Assembly (NCBI GenBank): GCA_964005815.1 | Contig: CAXFSR010000022.1 | Coordinates: 1 to 61,723, forward strand | Reading direction: 5' to 3' | DNA from: an uncultured Nitrospinaceae bacterium | GTDB taxonomy: Bacteria > UBA8248 | DNA: 61,723 nucleotides | Shown: piece after piece, positions 20,466 to 30,827 of the stretch | How the letters are laid out: the number at the start of each line of letters is the position of its first letter | How positions within the stretch are numbered: position 1 is the stretch's first letter | Program-made: the position numbers and the translations under genes | The notes under the pieces: model-generated | The model's input: only the letters and a program-made list of their open reading frames with translations | What the model was told of the DNA's origin: nothing | The model's database searches: none

Positions 20466-22085
20466 TTAATTGGTGTGTACATAATCTTGAGAACGGAAAG
20501 AAACATTTAAATCATTTGCGATTTTAATACAATCATCATTGTCAGTAATTCCTGAAAGATTTACAGCTGTCACTTCAATTTCTTGAAAGAAAGTGCGCGC
20601 TTTAATTATAAAATTCTTGACTTCAACAAAAGGCTCTTTGATATCTTTTGTCTTGCAAATTTTTTCGTAAGACTCTGCATTACCTGCCTGAAGACTAATT
20701 GAAATTGCATCGACATTTTCACTTAAATCAGGCAAAATATCTTTTCCATTAGTTACACTTCCTAAACCATTCGTAACTAATCTTATTTTTTTTGCTCCTT
20801 TTTCCTTCAACAATTTAGTTATTTCAATCATAACATCTAATCTAAGTGTAGGTTCCCCAAAACCACTAAAAACAATCTCTTCATAAGATGAAGGATCAAT
20901 TATTTCAGCCATAACATCCGAGACACTAGGCTCTTTATCTAAAATCAAATTTGAACCTTTAAAAAAACCATCACCGATTAATCCACAAAAAAAACAAGAG
21001 TTGTTACATTTATTTGTAATATTTAAATACAAATTCTGTCGATGTTCGTATGTAAAAGCACCTTTTTTCAAATTGCCATCTATTCCAAAAAGTCTGATAT
21101 TATTGGCAGTAGTAATTCTTCCTAGTTCTTCTAGACTAATTTCGTGTAATTCAGCTATAACTTTTGCAGTTTCAATCATGTAAAATGGCTCATTACGCTT
21201 GCCTCTATTAGGATGTGGCGTTAAATATGGACAATCGGTTTCTAAAAGAATTCTCTCCAAAGGAACTTTTCGAAAAACCTCTCGCAGTTCATCACTCTTA
21301 GAAAAGGTTATTGGTCCAGCAGCCCCTAAATAAAAATCTAAATCTAAAAATTTTTTTGCAATTGGCCAATCTCCAGTGAAACAGTGTATTACCCCACCAA
21401 CTTTACTTGCTTTCTCTTCTGATAAAATTTTATAAACGTCATCAAAAGCACTACGACAGTGAACTATGATTGGCATTTCAGATTTTATAGCCATCTTAAT
21501 TTGTTCACGAAACCAAAATTTTTGAGCCTTAACTGGAGAGTTATTTCGATAATAATCAAGACCAATCTCACCAACAGCGACAACATTAGGATCATCTACG
21601 AATTTTCTTATCTTTTTCAATATCCCATGATTTAATTTTTTAACATCATGGGGATGGATTCCGACTGCAGCATGAACATTGGAGTTGGACCTTGCAATCT
21701 TGATTGTTCTAACACAAGATTCATAGTCAGATCCTATACCTATTACTTGGGATACTCCTGCATCGTTTGCTCTCTTAATAACATCTTTTCTATCTTTTCT
21801 ATAAATCGGATCTGCTAAATGAGCATGAGAGTCTACAAAAACTAAACCATGTGATTCATTAACTGTATTTGGTATTTTGGTATTTTCTTTGATTGTTTTA
21901 TTTATATCTATATTCTGTGGAAAATTAGATTTCTTTTTATTGGCATTCCATTTACTCTTCCAATTAGATGCTCTGCCCCTCACAGATTTCTTGAAAACTT
22001 CCTTCTCATTATCTTTCGGAGAAAAATCTTCAGAAGAGTGCTTAGAATTATTTTTTTTAGAACCAGATATGGAAGATTCATCCAT
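20466..22085 (-). CDS. tatD: TatD DNase fused to TatD-associated radical SAM domain
   Basis: DSHAH, GEIGLDY, HCFTG, LLETDCPY; C-terminal LYLNITNKCNNSCFFC, FSGFGEP; start uncertain (22085 or 22121). Confidence 0.9.
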   Translation of the reverse strand: MDESSISGSKKNNSKHSSEDFSPKDNEKEVFKKSVRGRASNWKSKWNANKKKSNFPQNIDINKTIKENTKIPNTVNESHGLVFVDSHAHLADPIYRKDRKDVIKRANDAGVSQVIGIGSDYESCVRTIKIARSNSNVHAAVGIHPHDVKKLNHGILKKIRKFVDDPNVVAVGEIGLDYYRNNSPVKAQKFWFREQIKMAIKSEMPIIVHCRSAFDDVYKILSEEKASKVGGVIHCFTGDWPIAKKFLDLDFYLGAAGPITFSKSDELREVFRKVPLERILLETDCPYLTPHPNRGKRNEPFYMIETAKVIAELHEISLEELGRITTANNIRLFGIDGNLKKGAFTYEHRQNLYLNITNKCNNSCFFCGLIGDGFFKGSNLILDKEPSVSDVMAEIIDPSSYEEIVFSGFGEPTLRLDVMIEITKLLKEKGAKKIRLVTNGLGSVTNGKDILPDLSENVDAISISLQAGNAESYEKICKTKDIKEPFVEVKNFIIKARTFFQEIEVTAVNLSGITDNDDCIKIANDLNVSFRSQDYVHTN

Positions 22086-22107
22086 TTTTATCTTTTGACT
22101 CCATTTC

Positions 22108-23712
22108 TTATGTTGATTCATCAGAAATACGTTCTGCAACACGATTCAAAATAGAATTTTGTTGATCCTCTTCAATTTTAGGGAAAAGTGGAGATCCAAG
22201 ATCTATTGTGAATTTTGTGGGCAACTCGTAAAAATTCATTAAGTCTTCAAAACAAGAATTATTCCAATCAGTATCTAGACCAATTTGTTTAGCAATTTCC
22301 TTACTTGTATCGGGCATAATAGGAACTAACATCCCAGCTACGATTCTAATTAAACCAACCGAATGATATAAAACGAAATTCAAATCATCAAATTTCTCTT
22401 CTTTGGCTAGAGTCCAAGGGGCCATCTTATCTATATATTTATTGCCAAGTGAAATAATTCGCCAAATATCTTTTATTGATTCTTGAAAGTTTGTCTCTAA
22501 CATATTTTTTTCATAACTTGAAGACAAAACTCTAACTTCTTGAGTCAATTTTTTCCCTTCTTCATCATCAATTGAAAAATCCATGTTAATTTCATTTTTT
22601 AAATATTTCTTGATCATATTTAATACTCTATTAAGTAAATTTCCTAAATCATTTGCCAAATCTGCATTAATTCTTTCAATTAAATTTTTATGAGAAAAAT
22701 CACCATCGAGACCAAAAGGAATTTCTCTCAGCAAAAAATATCTAATTGCATCGATACTATACTCTTCTAACAACCAATTAGGATCTACAGCATTTCCAAG
22801 ACTTTTAGACATTTTTTGTCCTTCAACAGTCCACCATCCATGACTAAAAACCTGTTTAGGGAGGGGCAATTTCGCTGAAAGTAAGAATGCCGGCCAGAAC
22901 ACTGCGTGGAAACGAAGGATATCCTTCCCTATGAAATGCTGATTAGCTGGCCATGGATTTGAACTTGATACTCCCTTTTCTCCAAATCCAGGAGCTGTAA
23001 TATAGTTACTTAGAGCATCAAACCAAACATATATAATATGTTCTTCGTCTCCAGGAACAGGAATGCCCCATTTAAAACTAGTCCTAGAAACAGATAAATC
23101 TTTGAGACCAGATTCAACAAATTTTAGAACTTCATTTCTTCTGGAAACGGGCTTAATGAAATCTGGATTTTGTTGATAGAATTCTAATAGACGATCTTGA
23201 AATTTAGACAGACGAAAGAAATAACTCGGTTCCTCTATCCACTCAACTTCTGCACCACTAGGAGCAATCTTTTTCCCATCAGCATTTTCCTGCAATTCAG
23301 AATCATTGTAATAAGCTTCATCTCTAACTGCATACCATCCACTGTACGTTCCTAGATAAAGATCTCCAGAATCTTTAACTCTACGCCATATTTCCTGTAC
23401 ACCAGATATATGCCTCTTCTCAGTTGTACGAATATAATCATCATATTGGATATTAAATTTATTCCAAAGATCCTTGAATTTCACGCTATTTTGATTGCAA
23501 AGGGTAAGAACATCCAAATTAAATTCTTTCGCTGCTTGTTCTAGTTTTTGCCCATGCTCATCAGTTCCAGTTAAAAAATATACTTTATCCCCTCTGAGCC
23601 GGTGGAATCGTGCTTTTGAATCGCTTGCAACGGTAGTGTAAAGATGACCCAAATGAGGTTTGTCATTTACATAGTAAATAGGAGTAGTTATATAGAAAGA
23701 CTTTTCAGGCAT
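22108..23712 (-). CDS. metG: Methionine--tRNA ligase (short form)
   Basis: ITTPIYYVN, HLGH, YVWFDAL, KMSKS; no C-terminal tRNA-binding domain. Confidence 0.97.
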   Translation of the reverse strand: MPEKSFYITTPIYYVNDKPHLGHLYTTVASDSKARFHRLRGDKVYFLTGTDEHGQKLEQAAKEFNLDVLTLCNQNSVKFKDLWNKFNIQYDDYIRTTEKRHISGVQEIWRRVKDSGDLYLGTYSGWYAVRDEAYYNDSELQENADGKKIAPSGAEVEWIEEPSYFFRLSKFQDRLLEFYQQNPDFIKPVSRRNEVLKFVESGLKDLSVSRTSFKWGIPVPGDEEHIIYVWFDALSNYITAPGFGEKGVSSSNPWPANQHFIGKDILRFHAVFWPAFLLSAKLPLPKQVFSHGWWTVEGQKMSKSLGNAVDPNWLLEEYSIDAIRYFLLREIPFGLDGDFSHKNLIERINADLANDLGNLLNRVLNMIKKYLKNEINMDFSIDDEEGKKLTQEVRVLSSSYEKNMLETNFQESIKDIWRIISLGNKYIDKMAPWTLAKEEKFDDLNFVLYHSVGLIRIVAGMLVPIMPDTSKEIAKQIGLDTDWNNSCFEDLMNFYELPTKFTIDLGSPLFPKIEEDQQNSILNRVAERISDEST

Positions 23713-23739
23713 TAAATAATTTTAAATCCTATTTAGAAT

Positions 23740-24633
23740 CTATAGACGATCTGTCAGAGAAAAATCTTTTACCGTAAATTGTCCCGTTTGCATCCGTTCT
23801 AAATTATCAGCATGAACTTTAATTCTATCCCCATCTTCTAAAAGGATCGTCACTTCCTCTTTTAGAACATCTTGTTGAACTACTGTAGCTCCGCAATTAC
23901 AACCCCCTACCTTCTTTTTACAGGCAGGCAACCGTTTTTTTGATGAGAGATAATGCGAGTGTTCAAAACGAAGACAACACTTTAATCGACCACATCCGCC
24001 GGATAATTTTGTTGGATTTAAACTAAGGTTTTGGTCTTTAGCCATCTTGACTGTCACCGGATCGAACGATTTCAAAAAGGAACTACAACAATAAGTCCGA
24101 CCGCAATCACCACATCCACCCAACATTGCAGCTTCATCCCTTATTCCAACTTGTCTCATTTCAACCCTTACAGAAAGAGCATCAGAAAGGGCGCGAACTA
24201 ATTTCCTGAAATCAACTCTACCGGGAGAGGAAAAGAAAAATGTAACCTTATGACGTGAAAAAGCATAATAAGAACTGATTAGTTGCATAGGGACTTTGAA
24301 TTCTTTGATTTTTCTTTTAGTAAATTCTAAAGCCTTAGATTCCAGCTTTTCTATCTCTGAAATTTTTTGTAAATCTTCAGAATTTGCTTGCTCAACGACT
24401 TCAGGAAGATCATCCGGACAATATTTTGATTCCAAAAATCTTGGATTATCAGAAACAGTCCCAATATCTGTTTCTCCTGATTTAGAACAAATTTTTACTT
24501 TGTCCCCGACTCTAAGAGTAATAGAACCGACTCTATGTATAACAGACTTTGCAGAACTACGAGTTCTAATACCAACAACCTTAATTCTGTTATTGGATTC
24601 AGTTTTTTTAAGATTTTCCTCTTCTCTATTCAT
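23740..24633 (-). CDS. PSP1-domain protein (RicT/YaaT-like)
   Basis: RVDFRKLV, RQVGIRDEA, GGCGDCGRTYCC, KLSGGCGRLKCCLRFE. Confidence 0.9.
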   Translation of the reverse strand: MNREEENLKKTESNNRIKVVGIRTRSSAKSVIHRVGSITLRVGDKVKICSKSGETDIGTVSDNPRFLESKYCPDDLPEVVEQANSEDLQKISEIEKLESKALEFTKRKIKEFKVPMQLISSYYAFSRHKVTFFFSSPGRVDFRKLVRALSDALSVRVEMRQVGIRDEAAMLGGCGDCGRTYCCSSFLKSFDPVTVKMAKDQNLSLNPTKLSGGCGRLKCCLRFEHSHYLSSKKRLPACKKKVGGCNCGATVVQQDVLKEEVTILLEDGDRIKVHADNLERMQTGQFTVKDFSLTDRL

Positions 24634-24652
24634 AAATCTTTCCTAAAAGAAA

Positions 24653-25672
24653 TTATCTTTCCACCAAAAGAGAACGAATTGAATGAACTAAACTTTCAAG
24701 AGTTAAAGTTGGATTCGTATTCAAATCTTGTAACCCTTTAATAGATTTCTCCAATATGAAAAAAGCATTTGCTAATTTAACTTGGTCCCAATTAGATGAG
24801 ATTTCTCTCAAATACTCTTCTATATCAACATTCCACAAAAAATCTTCAGCCCTTAACTGTAAAGCTAACACATCCCGAAGTAGAGAACGAACGGAAATCA
24901 GAAAACTAATCGCATTATCTCTCTGTGTTTTAGAATTATCAAATTTAAGTGTTGTAAAATTCATCAACTTAATCGGATCTACCTGATCCGAGGGTCTCAA
25001 TGCTTCTTTTAAAAAATTAAAAGATTGATCCCTACACTTCTCTGCAACTTCAATCTGATCAACAGAAATTGATTCTATATTTGAGAAATTAAGTGAAACT
25101 AATTTATCAATATTCTCCTCTTTACCCTCATAATTTTCACTAAGTCTCTCTTTTATCATATCTCTAGTTAAAGGATGAAACCTAACCTTCCTACAGCGAG
25201 AAAAAATTGTAATTGGAATTGAGTATAAATTTGATGTGATAAAAATAAAAAATGTATTTGGAGGAGGCTCCTCTATGACCTTTAATAGAGCATTGAAAGA
25301 GGATAAAGTTATATTTTCGGCTCCATGAAAAACAAAAACCTTGCAAATTCCTTCATTAGCTTTCTGATAAACTCGGGGAAGGATTTCTTGGCGAATTGTT
25401 TCTATTCTTCCTCTTTTTTTATCATCATGTAAAGAAATTCTAAAAAAATCTAGATGAGTACCTAAATTGAATTTTTTACAACTCAAGCAATTTTCACAAG
25501 GGGGATCAGATAATTCACATAATTTTTTTTTCGAAAAAAACAGAGCCGTTTCTAATTTTCCTGCGCCAGAAGGTCCATGAAAGAGATAAACTTTAGCAAA
25601 TTGCCTATTAGAAAAATCTTTATACAACTGATCATGCGCAGTTTTCTGAGTAATTGAAAATTTTAAAACCAT
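24653..25672 (-). CDS. holB: DNA polymerase III subunit delta'
   Basis: YLFHGPSGAGK, Zn-type C...CENCLSC, NALLKVIEEPP, SRC; follows tmk. Confidence 0.88.
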   Translation of the reverse strand: MVLKFSITQKTAHDQLYKDFSNRQFAKVYLFHGPSGAGKLETALFFSKKKLCELSDPPCENCLSCKKFNLGTHLDFFRISLHDDKKRGRIETIRQEILPRVYQKANEGICKVFVFHGAENITLSSFNALLKVIEEPPPNTFFIFITSNLYSIPITIFSRCRKVRFHPLTRDMIKERLSENYEGKEENIDKLVSLNFSNIESISVDQIEVAEKCRDQSFNFLKEALRPSDQVDPIKLMNFTTLKFDNSKTQRDNAISFLISVRSLLRDVLALQLRAEDFLWNVDIEEYLREISSNWDQVKLANAFFILEKSIKGLQDLNTNPTLTLESLVHSIRSLLVER

Positions 25673-26298
25673 CTGAAAACTTTCGATACGATTTTCGAAA
25701 TTTCTTCATGAATAGTTTCTATATCTTTACCCTCTGTTATTAAATTAAAACGTCCTGTATTTTCGCTAGCTATTTTTAAGAAACCATTTTTTACTTTTTC
25801 ATGAAATTCTAAGTCTTCTTTTTCTAATCTATCTGCCAAACTGTTAGAATTAGCCCGTTTCAAACCTTCTGATACTGGAATCTGCAACAAGAAAGTTAAA
25901 TCAGGCTCTAAACCACAACTTGCAAACTTATTAATCTTCTCAACAAGCTCAAAATCAAGACCTCGTCCATATACTTGATATGCAGTGGTAGAATCAAAAA
26001 AACGATCACATAGTACATTGGTTCCTTTTTCCAAAGCAGGAATGATTACTTCTTTTACATGCTGGATTCTATCCGCTTCATACAAAAGTAACTCTGTTCC
26101 AATATCAATACTATCCTTTTCAGAAAACAATAATATATCTCTTAGTCCCTTTCCTAAATTTGTTCCTCCAGGTTCTCTAGTAGCTAAAACTGGTATTCCC
26201 GCAGATTTCATTTTTGAATACAAGAGTTCTAATTGTGTAGTTTTGCCACAACCTTCAACTCCTTCAAAAGTTAAAAAAACACCCATTTTTTTATTCAA
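25663..26298 (-). CDS. tmk: Thymidylate kinase
   Basis: FEGVEGCGKTTQ, TREPGG, LCDRFFDSTTAYQ. Confidence 0.97.
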   Translation of the reverse strand: MNKKMGVFLTFEGVEGCGKTTQLELLYSKMKSAGIPVLATREPGGTNLGKGLRDILLFSEKDSIDIGTELLLYEADRIQHVKEVIIPALEKGTNVLCDRFFDSTTAYQVYGRGLDFELVEKINKFASCGLEPDLTFLLQIPVSEGLKRANSNSLADRLEKEDLEFHEKVKNGFLKIASENTGRFNLITEGKDIETIHEEISKIVSKVFRWF

Positions 26299-26403
26299 TT
26301 AAAAACCTCTTAATTTTGAAGAAAATATCTACGATTAGTGAATCATAGAATTTCATAAATCTAAACTAATAAAACAACTAAAAAATAAACAAAAAACGAT
26401 TAC

Positions 26404-26432
26404 TTGACATAAGGATACAGTCGACCTATCTT
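26404..26432 (+). promoter_or_regulatory. Sigma70-type promoter of the hrcA operon
   Basis: TTGACA-17 nt-TATCTT upstream of hrcA. Confidence 0.65.
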
Positions 26433-26503
26433 AATATTTTAAGGAACTCATTCCAAGAATAAATTTAGCAAATGATTTAAATTTTAATCGTTAGGAAATT
26501 AGG

Positions 26504-27565
26504 ATGAGTAATTTTATTCTTTCAAAAAGAGATGCAAGTGTACTAAAAGCTGTGGTAAATACTTTCATAGAGACTGGTGAACCTGTAGGGAGCAAAAGAC
26601 TATCAAAAGAGTCTGAGATTAATTACAGTCCAGCAACATTACGAAATATTATGAGTAATCTCTCCGAGGAAGGATTTCTTTCAAAAACCCATTTTTCTTC
26701 TGGTAGTTCTCCGACTGATTTGGGCTATAGGACTTTTGTTGATAATTTTATTGGGTTTCAAGAACCAACCTCCCAAGAAAAATCTTCAATAGGAGATAGG
26801 TACTTATCTCGTGAATTACACTTAGAACAACTCTCAATTGAAATTTCAAGAATTCTTTCGGAACTCACAAATAATGCAGGCTTTTTCTTGCTTCCTAATG
26901 AGAAACAACTCCATTTCCAACATATACAATTTATTAAAATCTCAAAAAATAAAGCTATGGTTGTCATCGTCTCTAAAAGCGGAATGATTCAGAACAAGAT
27001 GATCAAACTCGACAATCAAACTAATCAATCAGAACTCGATAAAATAACAAATTATCTCAATGATGAATTTACAGGACTCACTCTGAACGAAATTAAAGAA
27101 AAAGTAGTTGAACAAATGAATCAAGAAGGCAAGGATTTTGATCTTTTGTACAAAAAAGCTTTCTCACTGAGTTCTCAGATTTTTTCAGACGAACAGCAAG
27201 AAGATTCCACTGCAACCTTGTACATGGAAGGAACTTCAAAGATTTTCTCTCAACCGGATTTTGCTGATGATTTTAAAAAACTTCAAGAACTCTATAATGC
27301 ATTTGAGGAAAAGAATAATATTGTCAAATTACTAAATAAATGTATAGACGATACAACAACCACAGTTTTAATAGGCTCTGAATGTACGATAGGAGAAACA
27401 CAAGAATGTAGTTTGGTTGCAAGACCGTATCATTTGGGGGGACGTACTCTAGGAACAGTAGGTGTTATCGGACTAAAAAGAATGCGTTACGATCATGTAG
27501 TTTCTTTAGTAAACTGGACTGCAGATTCTCTGACTAACTATCTTACTTTAGATAAAACTCATTAA
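26504..27565 (+). CDS. hrcA: Heat-inducible transcription repressor
   Basis: GEPVGSK, SPATLRN, PTDLGYR, GVIGLKRMRY. Confidence 0.95.
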   Translation: MSNFILSKRDASVLKAVVNTFIETGEPVGSKRLSKESEINYSPATLRNIMSNLSEEGFLSKTHFSSGSSPTDLGYRTFVDNFIGFQEPTSQEKSSIGDRYLSRELHLEQLSIEISRILSELTNNAGFFLLPNEKQLHFQHIQFIKISKNKAMVVIVSKSGMIQNKMIKLDNQTNQSELDKITNYLNDEFTGLTLNEIKEKVVEQMNQEGKDFDLLYKKAFSLSSQIFSDEQQEDSTATLYMEGTSKIFSQPDFADDFKKLQELYNAFEEKNNIVKLLNKCIDDTTTTVLIGSECTIGETQECSLVARPYHLGGRTLGTVGVIGLKRMRYDHVVSLVNWTADSLTNYLTLDKTH

Positions 27566-27578
27566 ATAGAACAAAAAT

Positions 27579-28463
27579 TTGGGAATCAAAAAATCCTGGA
27601 TAGAAATAAGGATAAGTGTTCCAAACGAATTCATAGATTTGATCTCAGAATTTTTTTTTCAATGTGGGGTTTCATCTATTCAAAATATCGAAACAGAAGA
27701 TCAAAAAACTATCTTAATAACTTATTTAAAGAATGAAAAAAACATAGACAAAACAATTGAAGGAATTAACCATTGGCTATCTTCCAATTTTTTAAAAGTA
27801 AATACACTTAGCACAAAAAATATTATTGAAACAGATTGGATAGAAAAAACAAGAAGTAGTTTCAAACCATTAAAAATTGGAAGAAAACTTTGGATTCAAC
27901 CTTCATGGTCCAATGAAGAAACACCTAACGGAAGAATTAAAATAATCCTTGATCCTGGTTCTTCATTTGGCACGGGAAGACACCCTACTACAAAGTTCGC
28001 ACTTATTTCCATTGAGAATTTCCTTAAAAAAAAGAACATAAATCACTTCTTAGATATAGGTTGTGGTAGTGGAATACTTATAGTAGCAGCTCTTAAACTA
28101 GGCGCCAAAAATGGCACTGCTTTTGATATCGACGCTCAGGCAGTAGAAAATACTCGAAAACTTTTATGCTCTAACGGAGTAAAGAAAAGAGCAATCGTAA
28201 TAAATGAGACGCTACACAAAAAACATTTAGAATCATCATTAGGTAAAATTGATTTCATAACTGCAAATATTTTTCTTGATCCACTCCAAAAGCTTTTTCC
28301 ATTATTTGCAGAAGTTTTAAATCCTGAAGGAATATTATTAATTACAGGGATCACTCCTAAACAATGTGACAATTTCTCTAAAATTTGCGGAGATTTTAGT
28401 TTAAAGTTATCATCGAAAGAAACTAAATTGAATTGGTCAAAGATGGAGTTTGTAAAAAATTGA
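27579..28463 (+). CDS. prmA: Ribosomal protein L11 methyltransferase
   Basis: LDPGSSFGTGRHPTT, LDIGCGSGIL, ANI. Confidence 0.93.
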   Translation: MGIKKSWIEIRISVPNEFIDLISEFFFQCGVSSIQNIETEDQKTILITYLKNEKNIDKTIEGINHWLSSNFLKVNTLSTKNIIETDWIEKTRSSFKPLKIGRKLWIQPSWSNEETPNGRIKIILDPGSSFGTGRHPTTKFALISIENFLKKKNINHFLDIGCGSGILIVAALKLGAKNGTAFDIDAQAVENTRKLLCSNGVKKRAIVINETLHKKHLESSLGKIDFITANIFLDPLQKLFPLFAEVLNPEGILLITGITPKQCDNFSKICGDFSLKLSSKETKLNWSKMEFVKN

Positions 28464-29218
28464 AAAAACCTCTCAGACTTTTCTACACAGAAGAAGACGC
28501 AAATAATGACAAATTGATTACAATTACAGGTGACGAAGCACATCACATTCGGGAAGTATTAAGAATGCAATTGGGAGAAGAATGCAGAATTGCCAATTCA
28601 AAGGGTTCTGAATATTTTTCGAAAATAGAAAATATAACTAAAGAAAGAATAATCTTAAAAGTACTAAGGGAAATTATTAATACGAGAAAGTCTCGTTTAA
28701 GAATTACACTTGGTCTTCCACTTATAAAGGGTGAGCGTTTTGAAAGAGTCCTTGAAAAAGGAACAGAACTCGGAGTCGATATTTTCTATCCTTTAATGCT
28801 ACAAAGATGCGAAATTAAAATCCCTGAAAAGAAAAAAAAACTAAGACAAGCACGTTGGAAAAAAATTATTTATGAATCTGCCAGACAATCCAACAGAATT
28901 CCACCACCTTTGGAAAAACCTATACAAAATTTAGAAGAATTTATAACTAAAACAAAGAAAAACGATATTAAGATTTTTGGTTATATAGGTGAAAATCAGA
29001 AAACTCTTCATGAAGCACTTGAGACAAAAAAACCTAAAGAAAATCTTTCAATTTCAATACTTACAGGACCTGAGGGAGATTTATCTCCAGAAGAATCTGA
29101 AAGAGTTATACAAGCTGGATTTATTCCAGTTTCACTTGGTCCAAGAATTCTTCGTGCTGACACAGCTCCCATTTCTATAATTTCAATAATTCAATATACT
29201 TTAGGCGAAATGCCATAA
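28460..29218 (+). CDS. rsmE: 16S rRNA m3U1498 methyltransferase
   Basis: HHIREVLR, KGTELGV, GPEG, LGPRILRADTA; TTGA overlap with prmA stop. Confidence 0.95.
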   Translation: MKKPLRLFYTEEDANNDKLITITGDEAHHIREVLRMQLGEECRIANSKGSEYFSKIENITKERIILKVLREIINTRKSRLRITLGLPLIKGERFERVLEKGTELGVDIFYPLMLQRCEIKIPEKKKKLRQARWKKIIYESARQSNRIPPPLEKPIQNLEEFITKTKKNDIKIFGYIGENQKTLHEALETKKPKENLSISILTGPEGDLSPEESERVIQAGFIPVSLGPRILRADTAPISIISIIQYTLGEMP

Positions 29219-29257
29219 AATTCTTTAAAAAATTAGCATTTGATTCTTGAGGAAAAA

Positions 29258-30529
29258 ATGAAAATTTTAATTGTCGGTTCTGGAGGCAGAGAACATTCAA
29301 TCGCTTGGAAACTCAGTCAAAGTGAAAATGTAAAAGAAATTATTTGCACTCCAGGAAATGCAGGAACTAGTAAAATCGCGAGAAATATTAATATTCGTGC
29401 TGAAGATATTAAATTGATTTTAAAACTAGCAATGGAAGAGCGTCCTGATCTTGTAGTTATAGGACCTGAGGTTCCTTTATCTCTTGGTCTCACAGATCTA
29501 TTGGAATCAAAAGATATTTTGGTATTCGGCCCAAATCAGAAGGCTTCAGAAATTGAATCCAGCAAGGCTTTCTCTAAGAAACTAATGAAAGCTGCTAAAG
29601 TTCCAACCGCAGAATTCGAAATTTTTGATGATGCAAAAAAAGCAAAAGATTTTGTAGGCAAAAAAGATAGGAAATGGGTTATAAAAGCTAGTGGTCTAGC
29701 TGCCGGGAAAGGTGTAATAATCTCTTCTGAAAAAATTAGTGCTGAATCAGCTATTTCTGAAATAATGGAACAAAACACTTTTGGTAACGCAGGTAATACA
29801 TGTGTTATAGAAGAATTTCTCGAAGGAGAAGAAGCCAGTTTACTTGTTTTCACTGATGGAGAAAATGTATTTCCATTACCTCCAGCACAGGATCACAAAC
29901 AAATCTTCGAGAATGACCTCGGTCCTAATACAGGAGGAATGGGAGCTTATTCCCCTACTCCAATTCTCTCTAAAGACCTTCAAAGTCAGGCTATTGAATC
30001 AATCATCAAACCTGTGATTAGTCATTTATCTGAGCAAGGAAGAACCTACCGTGGGATACTGTATGCAGGATTAATGATAAAAGAAAATGAACTAAAAGTA
30101 TTAGAATTTAACTGTCGATTTGGAGACCCAGAGTGCCAACCTTTAATGATGAGGATAAAAAGCGATATTTTGCCTATTCTTATTGATACCGCAAAAGGAG
30201 ATATTTCAAAGTCAAACGTTGAAACTTACGATGACCCCTCAGTTTGCGTTGTCATGAGTGCTGGAGGATATCCTGGTTCTTACGAGAGTGGTGAAATTAT
30301 TCGTGGCATTGATGAAGCATCCTCCCTTGAAGATGTAATGGTTTTTCACGCTGGAACTTCAATTAATCAAAATGGAGAAACAATAACTTCTGGAGGAAGA
30401 GTTTTAGGAATCACTAGCAAAGGACCTAAACTGAGTTCAGCAATTAATTCGGCATACCGTGCAGTTGAAATGATAAGTTGGAAAAATTGTTACTACAGGA
30501 AGGACATTGGCTCCAAAGCAATTGTTTAG
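29258..30529 (+). CDS. purD: Phosphoribosylamine--glycine ligase
   Basis: GSGGREH, GLAAGKGV, GPNTGGMGAY, RFGDPE. Confidence 0.98.
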   Translation: MKILIVGSGGREHSIAWKLSQSENVKEIICTPGNAGTSKIARNINIRAEDIKLILKLAMEERPDLVVIGPEVPLSLGLTDLLESKDILVFGPNQKASEIESSKAFSKKLMKAAKVPTAEFEIFDDAKKAKDFVGKKDRKWVIKASGLAAGKGVIISSEKISAESAISEIMEQNTFGNAGNTCVIEEFLEGEEASLLVFTDGENVFPLPPAQDHKQIFENDLGPNTGGMGAYSPTPILSKDLQSQAIESIIKPVISHLSEQGRTYRGILYAGLMIKENELKVLEFNCRFGDPECQPLMMRIKSDILPILIDTAKGDISKSNVETYDDPSVCVVMSAGGYPGSYESGEIIRGIDEASSLEDVMVFHAGTSINQNGETITSGGRVLGITSKGPKLSSAINSAYRAVEMISWKNCYYRKDIGSKAIV

Positions 30530-30656
30530 CAAAAAATAATTTTAACAATCGAAGAGATACATCTAATGGAATTGCTGGAGATCTAAAGAACTTAAAAAAA
30601 CATCTCCCGGATAATACCATTCAAATTTACAAAAAAATAAAAATTTGTTTTTTTAA

Positions 30657-30827
30657 CTACCTTCTGGGCTCTGCAGATCTTTGAATCTTTTTAGCTACAC
30701 CTTCAAGATCCTTTCCCATTCCCTGCATCATACCTTGTATAGTCCCACACGCAGTCAAAAGGAATAGAGAAATAACTGCCACAACTAGCAAAGGAGTGAT
30801 GGAAAATCTTCTTATTTTATCTTGCAT
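30657..30827 (-). CDS. Entericidin A/B-like small lipoprotein (56 aa, absent from ORF track)
   Basis: MQDKIRRFSITPLLVVAVISLFLLTAC|GTIQGMMQGMGKDLEGVAKKIQRSAEPRR; lipobox LTAC; SD GGAG. Confidence 0.75.
   Translation of the reverse strand: MQDKIRRFSITPLLVVAVISLFLLTACGTIQGMMQGMGKDLEGVAKKIQRSAEPRR

Noticed and set aside
26462..26492. Possible CIRCE upstream of hrcA
   Set aside because: Only a TTAGCA half-site; no right arm at the 9-nt spacing
30478..30684. 68-aa plus-strand ORF after purD
   Set aside because: Overlaps the purD end and the entericidin-like gene; no SD or motif
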